Shown here piece by piece: positions 34,559-43,018 of a stretch of 64,000 bases of DNA. Position numbers and translations under genes: made by a program. The notes below the pieces were generated by a model that saw only the letters and a list, made by a program, of their open reading frames with translations, ran no database searches and was not told where the DNA came from. This DNA is from Clostridia bacterium (GTDB lineage: Bacteria; Bacillota; Clostridia; Oscillospirales; CAG-272): assembly GCA_017411745.1 (NCBI GenBank), contig JAFQPM010000016.1, positions 19,120-83,119 on the forward strand. The letters run 5' to 3'. Position 1 is the stretch's first letter; the number at the start of each line of letters is the position of its first letter.

Positions 34559-35899
34559 ATGTTTCGCTTTAAATCTATGGGTAGTACCCACATACCCCAT
34601 TATAAAAATACTGCCGGAAAGCCTGCCGTTATAATGCCTGACGCAAAGGAGGTCTTATTGCCTCTTTCGCAACATATCGGGGCTCCTGCAACTCCTATTG
34701 TCAATGTTGGTGACGAGGTTAATGTCGGTCAGAAAATTGCCGAGGCTAACGGATTTGTTTCTTCACCTATATACGCTTCGGTTTCGGGTAAGGTCTCGAA
34801 AATCGAGGACTATCTGCGGCCCGACGGCAGAACGGTGGCAGCTATACGAATCGTCAGCAACGGTTTGATGACGAGGTGTGAGGAGACCACGCCTCCGTCC
34901 GTTTCTGATCTCGAAGATCTCATCGGCGCGGTGCGAGAATCGGGTCTCGTTGGTCTTGGCGGTGCAGGATTTCCGCTTTCGGTAAAGCTCGAGGCGCTCA
35001 AAAAGGGCGTAATTGACAAGATCATCATCAACGGTGCGGAATGCGAGCCCTACATAACCTGCGACACCCACGCTATGCTTTACGATTCCGAATGGATCGG
35101 CAAAGGTATCGCTTTGCTTGAAAAATTCGCTCCCGACGTTGATCAATTCATTATCGGAATTGAAAAAAACAAGCCTGCGTGCATTAAGGAAATGAAGCGC
35201 ATCTTCGAAGGTGATGAAAAGGTCAAGGTTATTTCTCTTCCCGACACCTATCCGCAAGGCGGCGAAAAGGTACTGATATACAACACGACAAAAAGGATAA
35301 TAAACGAGGGCAAGCTGCCAGCTGACGTAGGAGTACTCGTTATAAACGTCACTTCCTTGACTATTCTTGCTAAATACGTGGAGTGCGGCGAGCCTCTCGT
35401 TTCAAGATGTGTAACTCTCGACGGTTCCGCAGTTGCCGAGCCCCAAAATATAATCGCTCCTATCGGTTGCTCGATACGTGAGCTGGTTGAATTCGGCGGC
35501 GGACTCAAGTGCGAAGTCGGAAAGGTGCTTTACGGAGGTCCTATGATGGGAACTACCGCGGCATCGCTCGACGAACCAATAGTCAAGACGACGGGAGCGA
35601 TCACGATCCTTAACCGCAAGGATTCTCTGCTCTCCGAGCCCACCGCTTGTATTCACTGCGGACGTTGTATTCGTTCGTGTCCGCTTGATCTTTCTCCCGT
35701 GGCTTATTCAAAGGCACTTGAATGCGAAAACAAAGAGGACAAGATCGCTATGCTTGAAAAGAACAAAATCATGCTTTGTATGGAGTGCGGTTGTTGCTCA
35801 TTCGTTTGTCCTGCAAGCCGTCCTCTTGTACAAAACAACCGAATCGCCAAGGCCGAGTACAGAGAGTATCAAGCGGCCATGGCAAAGCTTAAGAAATGA
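34559..35899 (+). CDS. rnfC: Rnf electron transport complex subunit C
   Basis: GLGGAGFP NADH/FMN-site motif and two ferredoxin motifs, CIHCGRCIRSCP and CMECGCCSFVCP. Confidence 0.95.
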   Translation: MFRFKSMGSTHIPHYKNTAGKPAVIMPDAKEVLLPLSQHIGAPATPIVNVGDEVNVGQKIAEANGFVSSPIYASVSGKVSKIEDYLRPDGRTVAAIRIVSNGLMTRCEETTPPSVSDLEDLIGAVRESGLVGLGGAGFPLSVKLEALKKGVIDKIIINGAECEPYITCDTHAMLYDSEWIGKGIALLEKFAPDVDQFIIGIEKNKPACIKEMKRIFEGDEKVKVISLPDTYPQGGEKVLIYNTTKRIINEGKLPADVGVLVINVTSLTILAKYVECGEPLVSRCVTLDGSAVAEPQNIIAPIGCSIRELVEFGGGLKCEVGKVLYGGPMMGTTAASLDEPIVKTTGAITILNRKDSLLSEPTACIHCGRCIRSCPLDLSPVAYSKALECENKEDKIAMLEKNKIMLCMECGCCSFVCPASRPLVQNNRIAKAEYREYQAAMAKLKK

Positions 35900-35912
35900 C
35901 GGAGGTGACGTT

Positions 35913-36854
35913 ATGGAAAAATTAATAGTATCATCGTCTCCGCATTTACACGGCAAAACCACGACAACGAGTATTATGAGAGACGTTCTCATCGCGCTTT
36001 CCCCTGCGGCGATAGCTGCAGTTGTGCTTTACGGAATAAAGGCGCTTATAATTATTTCCGTTTGCGTTGCTACATCCGTTTTGTCGGAATTTATTTTCAA
36101 TATCATCGCCAAAAAGAAGCAGACGGTCGGTGATCTGAGCGCGATCGTGACCGGACTTCTGCTTGCTTTAAGCCTTTCAACGCGAGTAAGCATCTGGCAC
36201 TGTGTTGTCGGCTCGGTTTTCGCGATAGTTGTGGTCAAATGTCTTTTTGGCGGTATTGGATGCAATTTTGCTAATCCTGCGGTTACCGCGCGCGTGATGT
36301 TATTGATCGCTTTTGGCAAGGTTGCCGGGGGATCTGCTACAAGATATATGTCTGTTGAGCTTGCCGCGAGTGCGACTCCGCTTGCGGTCATCAAGGACGG
36401 TGAGGAACTGCTTCCCTCTCTTGCTGATATGCTTATCGGTAACCGCGGCGGTGCAATCGGTGAGGTCTGTGCTATCGCTCTTATTCTTGGATTTGTTTAT
36501 CTTGTGATAAGACGTGTGATCACGTGGGAAACTCCTGTTGTTTTCGTTGCGACGGTATTCGTTCTTTCTCTTATCGTCAAGCAGGATCTTACTGCGGCGC
36601 TCTATCAGGTCCTTGGCGGTGGTCTGCTGCTCGGCGCGATATTTATGGCGACCGATTACGTAACTACTCCCATTACCCGAAGCGGAAAAGCGGTCTTTGC
36701 TCTTGGATGCGGTATAATTACCGTTCTTATTCGCTTCTGGGGCGACTATCCCGAGGGAGTCTCGTTTGCGATCTTATTTATGAACATTCTCACTCCTTAT
36801 ATCGAAAGGCTTTGCCGCAACAAGCCGATTGGAGGTGTTAAGAATGAAAAATAA
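35913..36854 (+). CDS. rnfD: Rnf complex subunit D
   Basis: SSSPHLH N-terminus and polytopic NqrB/RnfD-like TM pattern, with the FMN-attachment region TDYVTTP. The start is at the ATG at 35913 after GGAGGTGA; the listed upstream extension overlaps rnfC. Confidence 0.93.
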   Translation: MEKLIVSSSPHLHGKTTTTSIMRDVLIALSPAAIAAVVLYGIKALIIISVCVATSVLSEFIFNIIAKKKQTVGDLSAIVTGLLLALSLSTRVSIWHCVVGSVFAIVVVKCLFGGIGCNFANPAVTARVMLLIAFGKVAGGSATRYMSVELAASATPLAVIKDGEELLPSLADMLIGNRGGAIGEVCAIALILGFVYLVIRRVITWETPVVFVATVFVLSLIVKQDLTAALYQVLGGGLLLGAIFMATDYVTTPITRSGKAVFALGCGIITVLIRFWGDYPEGVSFAILFMNILTPYIERLCRNKPIGGVKNEK

Positions 36855-37371
36855 GCTTTTTCCCACGTTGGCGCTCGGAATTATCTGCCTTGTTGTCGTT
36901 TTGGTGTTGGCGGCGGTAAACACGGTCACAGCTCCGCTGATAGAAAAGGCTCAGGCAGAAAAGGTACAAAAAGCGCTTGCCGAGGTAATGCCCGAGGGCG
37001 TTAATTTCACTGAAATAGAGGTTGACGGATTGCCCGCGGCGGTCACGAAAGTTTACTCCGAGGACGGCGGCGGCTACGTATTCCAAATGAGCGTGGTCGG
37101 ATACAAGCCCGGACTTGTAATTCTCTGCGGTATTGACGCAAACGGAGTTATTACCGGCGCGGACTTCGTTTCATCAAATGAAACTCTCTCAGCAGAGGTT
37201 GGTCTTGGAAAAAACTTTATCGGGTTCACTTCTGATACCGTAACGGTCGAATTGGTCGCAGGCTCGACGGCAAAGAAGACTACGAGCGCATATTACTCCG
37301 CTATTGAGGCGGCGCTCGAGGCGTTTGAAATAATCTCTCAAAATTCCGAAGGACAGGAGGATACAAAATGA
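36844..37371 (+). CDS. rnfG: Rnf complex subunit G
   Basis: Single N-terminal TM helix plus an FMN-binding domain (SGATITS-type region reads VSSNETLSAEVG). The ATG at 36844 follows GGAGGTG. Position within rnfCDGEAB fits. Confidence 0.88.
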   Translation: MKNKLFPTLALGIICLVVVLVLAAVNTVTAPLIEKAQAEKVQKALAEVMPEGVNFTEIEVDGLPAAVTKVYSEDGGGYVFQMSVVGYKPGLVILCGIDANGVITGADFVSSNETLSAEVGLGKNFIGFTSDTVTVELVAGSTAKKTTSAYYSAIEAALEAFEIISQNSEGQEDTK

Positions 37372-38066
37372 AAAACAACAAGCTTGCTATCCTTCTTAAA
37401 GGTATCATAACAGAAAATCCCGTTCTGATACTCGTACTTGGAACTTGCCCTACTCTTGCCACCACAGGAAATGTCATTTCGGCTTTCTCAATGGGTATTG
37501 CCGCGACGCTCGTGCTTATATGCTCGAATGCCGTGATATCATTACTTCGCAAGGTCATTCCCGACACGGTACGTATTCCCTGCTACATAATTATAATTGC
37601 GGGATTCGTTACCGCGTTGCAGATGCTTTTGCAGGCTTATCTACCGTCGATATACGATATGCTCGGCGTTTATCTTGCTCTGATCGTCGTTAACTGCATC
37701 ATTCTCGGCAGAGCAGAGATGTTTGCACGCAAAAATCCCGTTCTTGATTCGGTCATGGACGGTGTAGGTATGGGAATCGGCTTCCTTGTGGCGCTTTTGC
37801 TTATGGCTACGGTTCGCGAGGTCTTCGGTGCGGCTTCATTTGCAGGAATTTCAATTCCCTTTATGGAATATTTCAAGATCCCGATTCTTACTCAAGCGCC
37901 CGGCGGTTATCTTGTCTTCGGATTTCTTATTGCGCTGATGAACAAGCTCAATCAAAAGCGCGGCGGAGTCAAGAAAAAATCGTTCTCCTGCGAAGGCTGT
38001 CCTTCGGCTTCGGCTTGCCACGGCGGCTGTGAAAATGGCATAAAGGAGGGTGACACGAATGTTTAA
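37368..38066 (+). CDS. rnfE: Rnf complex subunit E (with Cys-rich C-terminal tail)
   Basis: NPVLILVLGTCPTLA and IVVNCIILGRAE, typical of RnfE/NqrD. Extra tail KKKSFSCEGCPSASACHGGCENGIKEGDTNV. Confidence 0.93.
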   Translation: MKNNKLAILLKGIITENPVLILVLGTCPTLATTGNVISAFSMGIAATLVLICSNAVISLLRKVIPDTVRIPCYIIIIAGFVTALQMLLQAYLPSIYDMLGVYLALIVVNCIILGRAEMFARKNPVLDSVMDGVGMGIGFLVALLLMATVREVFGAASFAGISIPFMEYFKIPILTQAPGGYLVFGFLIALMNKLNQKRGGVKKKSFSCEGCPSASACHGGCENGIKEGDTNV

Positions 38067-38649
38067 ACCTCTTATTCTCATACTGATGGGCGGAGTTCTC
38101 ATCAATAATTACGTTCTTCAGCAGTTTCTTGGCATCTGCCCCTTCCTTGGCGTTTCCAAAAAGATAAATCAAGCCGTAGGAATGGGTGTCGCCGTTACCT
38201 TCGTAATGCTGGTTGCAACGGCTGCGACCTGGCCTATCTACAACTATATTCTTTTCCCTAAGTACGCTTACTTACAAACTATCGTCTTTATTCTCGTTAT
38301 CGCGACGCTCGTTCAGTTCGTTGAGATCGTTCTCAAGCGGTTTATTCCCTCTCTTTTCAAGGCGCTTGGGGTATATCTGCCTCTTATCACCACTAACTGC
38401 GCGGTCCTCGGTGTTGCGATTAACAATATCAGCGACGGATTCAATTTTGTAGAGTCTATAGTTTCTTCTCTTGGTGTCGGACTTGGATTCCTGCTTGCAA
38501 TGGTTCTTTTTGCGGGAGTTCGCTCGCGTATGGAAAATATCAAAACTCTTAAGTCCTTCCAAGGCTTGCCCGTTACTCTTATTGCGGCATCGATCGTCGC
38601 GCTCTCCTTCTATGGATTCTCGGGCGTTATCGAAGGCCTTTTGGCATAA
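38059..38649 (+). CDS. rnfA: Rnf complex subunit A
   Basis: NNYVLQQFLGICPFLGVS and ITTNCAVLGVA, typical of RnfA/NqrE. The ATG at 38059 is 8 nt after AAGGAGGG. Confidence 0.93.
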   Translation: MFKPLILILMGGVLINNYVLQQFLGICPFLGVSKKINQAVGMGVAVTFVMLVATAATWPIYNYILFPKYAYLQTIVFILVIATLVQFVEIVLKRFIPSLFKALGVYLPLITTNCAVLGVAINNISDGFNFVESIVSSLGVGLGFLLAMVLFAGVRSRMENIKTLKSFQGLPVTLIAASIVALSFYGFSGVIEGLLA

Positions 38650-38663
38650 GGGGGTGTTAAGAT

Positions 38664-39464
38664 ATGGATATGAAAATATTAATACCCGTCCTTATCGGCT
38701 TGACAATATCCGTCATATGCGGCGTTGTTTTGACCGTTGCCTCAAGGCTGTTTGCCGTTAAAGAGGACGAGAAGTTTTTAAATATCCGTGACTGTCTGCC
38801 GGGTGCTAACTGCGGTGCTTGCGGTTACAGCGGATGTGACGGATACGCGAAGGCCCTCTCTTCGGGTGAGATCGACGCGACTAATCTTTGCGTTCCCGGC
38901 GGGGACGGTGCGGCGAAGCAGATCGCAGACGTGCTCGGTGTTGAAGCCGAAGACGTGATCGAAAAGGTCGCTTACGTTGCATGTAACGGAAACTGCGATG
39001 CTGCACCAAGAAAGGTTGAATACCACGGGCCGCAAAGCTGTAGAATTGCCAATATGAATTATAACGGCGATAAATTCTGCACATTTTCCTGCCTTGGATA
39101 CGGTGACTGTGTTGCAGTCTGCTCGCAGGATGCGATTTCTATTGAAAACGGTGTTGCAAAGGTCGACCCTGAAAAGTGTGTAGGTTGTGGCGCATGTACG
39201 CGCGTTTGTCCTAACAAAGTCATTCATATCGTCGATGCTGCTTCGCGTGTAAAAGTTCTCTGCTCCAATCACGACAAGGGGGCGGTCACAAGAAAGGCTT
39301 GTGCCAACGGATGTATCGCTTGTGGTAAGTGCGAGAGAACTTGTCCCAACGGCGCTATCAAGGTCGAGCATAATCTTGCAGTTATCGATTACGAAAAGTG
39401 TACGGGCTGCGGCGAGTGCGCTGAAGCGTGTCCGATTAAATGTATTGAGTTGAAAAATTTCTGA
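38664..39464 (+). CDS. rnfB: Rnf complex subunit B (polyferredoxin)
   Basis: N-terminal TM helix, CGACGYSGCDGYA 4Fe-4S motif, and several CxxCxxCxxxCP ferredoxin motifs. Confidence 0.93.
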   Translation: MDMKILIPVLIGLTISVICGVVLTVASRLFAVKEDEKFLNIRDCLPGANCGACGYSGCDGYAKALSSGEIDATNLCVPGGDGAAKQIADVLGVEAEDVIEKVAYVACNGNCDAAPRKVEYHGPQSCRIANMNYNGDKFCTFSCLGYGDCVAVCSQDAISIENGVAKVDPEKCVGCGACTRVCPNKVIHIVDAASRVKVLCSNHDKGAVTRKACANGCIACGKCERTCPNGAIKVEHNLAVIDYEKCTGCGECAEACPIKCIELKNF

Positions 39465-39470
39465 AAATTA

Positions 39471-39502
39471 AACAGGGGCTCACTGAAGAGTCCCTGTTTT
39501 CT
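39471..39502. terminator. Bidirectional terminator between convergent rnfB and pcp
   Basis: aacaggggctc / gagtccctgtt (one G:U pair), with T-rich flanks on both strands. Confidence 0.8.
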
Positions 39503-39511
39503 TACGTATAT

Positions 39512-40099
39512 TTATATTGCTTCTATTGCCGCGATCAGTGCTTGCGTGATCATATCTAAAGACATTGAAGGCATATTCTCTTTCCTTTGCTCATCTGAAT
39601 ACGGAACGTGTATAAATCCGATCTGCATTTCAGTTTCTTTGAAATGATCGAGCAAGGAGTAAAGCAAGTCGTTGCATACGTATGTTCCTGCGGAATAAGA
39701 AACCTGTGCTGCAATTCCCTTTGATTTAATATTTTCTGCGATCTTTCTGACGGGCAGAGTCGAAAAATACGCTTTATCTCCGCCTTTGATTATCTCGTCA
39801 TCGGACGGTTGGTTTCCGTTGTTATCGGGTATGCTTGCGTGGCGAAGATTTATACCGACCATTTCGGGAGTCACCGCCGCCCTACCTCCTGCCTGACCTA
39901 TGCACAAGATAACGTCGGGAGCAAGATCCTTTGCCACAGCGATAGCCTTTTCAGGCGCTTCGCCAAACACTACGGGCAGACATAATTTTGTTATTGAAAA
40001 ATCACAGATTACATCGGGCAATCGACAAACTGCATCCCAAGAGGGATTTATCGTCTCGCCGCCAAAGGCTTCAAATCCTGTTATAAGTAATTTTCTCAT
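39512..40099 (-). CDS. pcp: Pyroglutamyl-peptidase I
   Basis: The LITGFEAFGGETINPSW N-terminus, catalytic-Cys region GTYVCNDLLY and IHVPY block are present. Confidence 0.92.
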   Translation of the reverse strand: MRKLLITGFEAFGGETINPSWDAVCRLPDVICDFSITKLCLPVVFGEAPEKAIAVAKDLAPDVILCIGQAGGRAAVTPEMVGINLRHASIPDNNGNQPSDDEIIKGGDKAYFSTLPVRKIAENIKSKGIAAQVSYSAGTYVCNDLLYSLLDHFKETEMQIGFIHVPYSDEQRKENMPSMSLDMITQALIAAIEAI

Positions 40100-40110
40100 A
40101 TATACTCCGT

Positions 40111-40554
40111 TCAGCGTTTATTTGTAAAAAAATCTGAAAGCAGCTTGGCACACTCCTCACTCATAAATCCGCCAGAGACCTTCGGCTTATGGTTGAGTGG
40201 ATACGAGCACATATTGAGGACGCTCTCGCAGGCTCCCGCTTTAGCATCCTTGGCTCCGTACACGACCTCGCCCATTCTTGAATTGATTATGGCACCCATA
40301 CACATCGGGCAGGGCTCGAGGGTGACGTAAAGCGTGCATTTTTCAAGATGCCAACCGCCGAGGATCTTACAAGCCTCACGTATTGCTATCAGCTCGGCAT
40401 GTCCCGTAGCATCGCCAGTCTGCTCCCTGTTATTATGCGCTGTCGCAATGATCTCACCGTCCTTGACAACTACTGCTCCGACGGGTATTTCGCCCTCTGC
40501 GGCGGCTTGTTGCGCCTCACAGAGCGCTTTTTGCATATATTCGTTTATTATCAT
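40111..40554 (-). CDS. tadA: tRNA adenosine(34) deaminase TadA
   Basis: HAELIAIREA and TLEPCPMCMGA zinc-binding motifs; 147 aa. Confidence 0.94.
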   Translation of the reverse strand: MIINEYMQKALCEAQQAAAEGEIPVGAVVVKDGEIIATAHNNREQTGDATGHAELIAIREACKILGGWHLEKCTLYVTLEPCPMCMGAIINSRMGEVVYGAKDAKAGACESVLNMCSYPLNHKPKVSGGFMSEECAKLLSDFFTNKR

Positions 40555-40627
40555 ATCAGATCTCCCGAAAACATGGTCTTATATTATGAGTATACCACAT
40601 TTTACCGTGTTTTTCAAGCGAAAAAAC

Positions 40628-40659
40628 AAAAAACAGTCGGACATTGTCCGACTGTTTTT
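40628..40659. terminator. Intrinsic terminator after tsf (bidirectional shape)
   Basis: aaaacagtcggac / gtccgactgtttt with loop att, and A/T runs on both sides. Confidence 0.88.
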
Positions 40660-40673
40660 ATATGTGTCAGGAA

Positions 40674-41600
40674 TTACTGCTTAACACCGGAGAGCTTTGC
40701 GATCTCTGCTGCGTAGTCTTCCTGCTTCTTCTCGATGCCCTCACCCTTCTCGAAACGAACGAAGGATGCGATTGCGATGGAGCCGCCCATAGCCTTTGCG
40801 CTATTTGCAACGTACTTAGCAACGTTCTCGTGATCGTCTGCCTTTACGTACTCCATATCTACGAGACAGTTGCTCTCGTAGAACTTACCGAGCTTACCGG
40901 TAATGATGCCGTCAAGAACCTTTTCGGGCTTGTTAGCCATCTTGGGATCGTTAGCGAGCTGAGCCTTGATGATGCTCTTCTCGTTCTCAATAACCTCTGC
41001 AGGAACTGCTTCTCTGTTGAGGTAAGGAGTGGGGTATGCACCAACCTGAAGTGCGATGTTCTTTGCGAACTCTGCGAAATCAGCGTGGTCTGCACAGTCG
41101 GTATCGAACTTAACGATAACACCGATAGAGCCGAGGCCGTGGATGTAGGTGCTGGTTACGCCGTCAACAACTGCGAAACGGCGGATGGTGATCTTCTCAC
41201 CGATCTGGAATATAAGCTCTTTGAGCTTGGCGTCAACGGTAACACCCTCGTAGTCGGATGCGAGAAGCTCCTCAACGTTTGCAGGGTTGCTAGCGATGAT
41301 GGTCTTAAGAAGGTTCTTTACGAATGCCTTGAAGGTGTCGTTCTTTGCAACGAAGTCGGTCTCGGTGTTAACCTCAACGATAGCGGTCTTGCCATTCTCG
41401 GAAAGAACGTCAACTATACCGTCTGCTGCGATTCTCGTAGCCATCTTTGCCTCTGCCTTAAGCTCACCCTTCTCACGAAGAAGCTTGATAGCAGCTTCCA
41501 TATCACCGTCAGCCTCAACGAGTGCCTTCTTGCACTCCATCATTCCGATACCGGTCTTTGCTCTGAGAGCAGCAACGTCTTTTGCTGTAATAGTAGCCAT
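40674..41600 (-). CDS. tsf: Elongation factor Ts
   Basis: ITAKDVAALRAKTGIGMMECKKALVEADGDMEAAIKLLREKG UBA-like N-terminus; 308 aa. Confidence 0.97.
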   Translation of the reverse strand: MATITAKDVAALRAKTGIGMMECKKALVEADGDMEAAIKLLREKGELKAEAKMATRIAADGIVDVLSENGKTAIVEVNTETDFVAKNDTFKAFVKNLLKTIIASNPANVEELLASDYEGVTVDAKLKELIFQIGEKITIRRFAVVDGVTSTYIHGLGSIGVIVKFDTDCADHADFAEFAKNIALQVGAYPTPYLNREAVPAEVIENEKSIIKAQLANDPKMANKPEKVLDGIITGKLGKFYESNCLVDMEYVKADDHENVAKYVANSAKAMGGSIAIASFVRFEKGEGIEKKQEDYAAEIAKLSGVKQ

Positions 41601-41641
41601 TTTGGATTATTCCTTTCTATATTTTACGAATTATTTTTCTC

Positions 41642-41685
41642 AAAATAAAGCGGTTGGTAAGTTTAGCTTAACAACCGCTGTTTTT
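41642..41685 (-). terminator. Hairpin between rpsB and tsf (partial terminator/attenuator)
   Basis: Minus strand: agcggttg...caaccgct followed by ttatttt. It lies in the 93-nt rpsB-tsf spacer. Confidence 0.55.
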
Positions 41686-41694
41686 CAGCTTAAA

Positions 41695-42441
41695 TTAAGC
41701 CTCTGCGTCCTCTTCTGCCTCAGCCTCGGTCTTTTCAACCTCTGCCTCTGCAGTCTGCTCGCCCTGCTTACCCTCGATAACTGCATCTGCAATTACGGAA
41801 GAGATGAGCTTGATAGCGCGGATAGCGTCGTCGTTTCCGGGGATTACGTAGTCTGCGTCGTCAGGATCGCAGTTGGTATCTACGATAGCGATTACCGGAA
41901 TACCAAGCTTCTTTGCTTCGAGAACTGCGTTTCTCTCCTTGCGGGGATCTACGATGAAGATCGCGTCGGGAAGCTGCTCCATAGTCTTGATACCGCCGAG
42001 GTTCTTCTCGAGGTCGAAGATCTCCTTCTGAAGCTTTGCTACTTCCTTCTTGGGAAGCATATCAAAGGTGCCGTCCTCTGCCATCTTGTTAAGGCTGTTG
42101 AGTCTTGCGATGGATCTCTTGATGGTCTTGAAGTTGGTCATCATACCGCCGGGCCAACGAACGTTTACGTAGTACTGTCCGCAACGTACAGCCTCTTCCT
42201 TGATAGCCTCTGCCGCCTGCTTCTTGGTTCCTACGAAAAGAACGGTGCCGTTGTTTGCTGCGAGATCGCGAACGAACATGTAAGCTTCTTCAAACTTCTT
42301 AACAGTCTTCTGAAGGTCGATGATGTAGATGCCGTTTCTCTCAGTAAAGATGTACTCCTGCATCTTGGGGTTCCATCTTCTTGTGTGATGTCCGAAATGG
42401 ACGCCTGCTTCAAGCAGCTGCTTGATAGAAATAATAGACAT
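41695..42441 (-). CDS. rpsB: 30S ribosomal protein S2
   Basis: The N-terminus is [27 protein letters not shown] and the C-tail is acidic. The start is set at 42441, 8 nt after GAAGGAGGA; the listed ORF start at 42531 is an upstream extension. Confidence 0.97.
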   Translation of the reverse strand: MSIISIKQLLEAGVHFGHHTRRWNPKMQEYIFTERNGIYIIDLQKTVKKFEEAYMFVRDLAANNGTVLFVGTKKQAAEAIKEEAVRCGQYYVNVRWPGGMMTNFKTIKRSIARLNSLNKMAEDGTFDMLPKKEVAKLQKEIFDLEKNLGGIKTMEQLPDAIFIVDPRKERNAVLEAKKLGIPVIAIVDTNCDPDDADYVIPGNDDAIRAIKLISSVIADAVIEGKQGEQTAEAEVEKTEAEAEEDAEA

Positions 42442-42588
42442 TTTTATGTCCTCCTTCGGTTTTTCCACCACAGTAGCTTTGGCGGCGCAATCTCCCTTTG
42501 TACAAGGATAAAGGAGACACCGACACCGCAATCGTGGTACTGTGTGTGTAATAATATTTTCTGCCGTGCTTTTTGCACAGCACTACGG

Positions 42589-42617
42589 ATTATACCATAT
42601 AATATATAAAATTGCAA
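42589..42617 (-). promoter_or_regulatory. Sigma-A promoter of rpsB-tsf
   Basis: Minus strand: TTGCAA (42617-42612), 17-nt spacer ending in TGg, TATAAT (42594-42589). Confidence 0.6.
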
Positions 42618-42652
42618 CAGCATAGGCAAATGTTTACATATTATTTACAAAT

Positions 42653-42952
42653 TCATTTGAAAAATCTTCCCTTTCTGCCCGTTTTGCAGAAGCATTCGCA
42701 GTTTGACAGCTCGTTTTGCGGTATTTTGACGAGAATGGCATCTTCTCCGATACATTCGATCTTACACCAAGGGATCATCAGCTCGTCTTTTTTACCAAAC
42801 AACGAAAATCCGTTGTTTTTCGGTACTGTGAACGACAGTATTCGTCCATCGTCGATATCTATTTCAAACTCGCAGGGATAACCGAGCCGTTCCCCTCCGC
42901 ATAGGTTTATCACCTCTAAATCCCTTAACTCGTCAGTACTCATCTTTCGCAT
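42653..42952 (-). CDS. YlmC/YmxH family sporulation protein (PRC-barrel)
   Basis: LRDLEVINLCGGERLGYPCEFEIDIDDGRILSFTVP is typical of YlmC/YmxH. The ATG at 42952 follows GGAGGTG. Confidence 0.85.
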   Translation of the reverse strand: MRKMSTDELRDLEVINLCGGERLGYPCEFEIDIDDGRILSFTVPKNNGFSLFGKKDELMIPWCKIECIGEDAILVKIPQNELSNCECFCKTGRKGRFFK

Positions 42953-42961
42953 ACAAACACC

Positions 42962-43000
42962 TCCAAAAAATATCAAGACTGCCCAAAAAGACAGTCTTGA
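42962..43000 (-). terminator. Intrinsic terminator ending the long ruvC-to-ATPase-like operon
   Basis: Minus strand: tcaagactg tctttttggg cagtcttga, followed by tatttttt. Confidence 0.75.
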
Positions 43001-43018
43001 TAAAATATATGCTTATTT

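Noticed and set aside
35685-35912. Upstream extensions of listed ORFs. Examples: rnfD from 35685, rpsB from 42531, rnfG from 36829, rnfA from 38050, ruvC from 54985, truA from 50968, the ABC exporter from 63874, pck from 31098, ylmC from 42976.
   Set aside because: In each case an internal ATG with a well-spaced Shine-Dalgarno sequence coincides with the conserved N-terminus of the family. The extensions overlap upstream genes or promoters.
40644-42609. Two long plus-strand ORFs (40644-41648, 334 aa; 41287-42609, 440 aa).
   Set aside because: They are antisense to tsf and rpsB, two of the most securely identifiable genes in the window. Their products are Cys/Leu/Ser-rich nonsense-like sequences.
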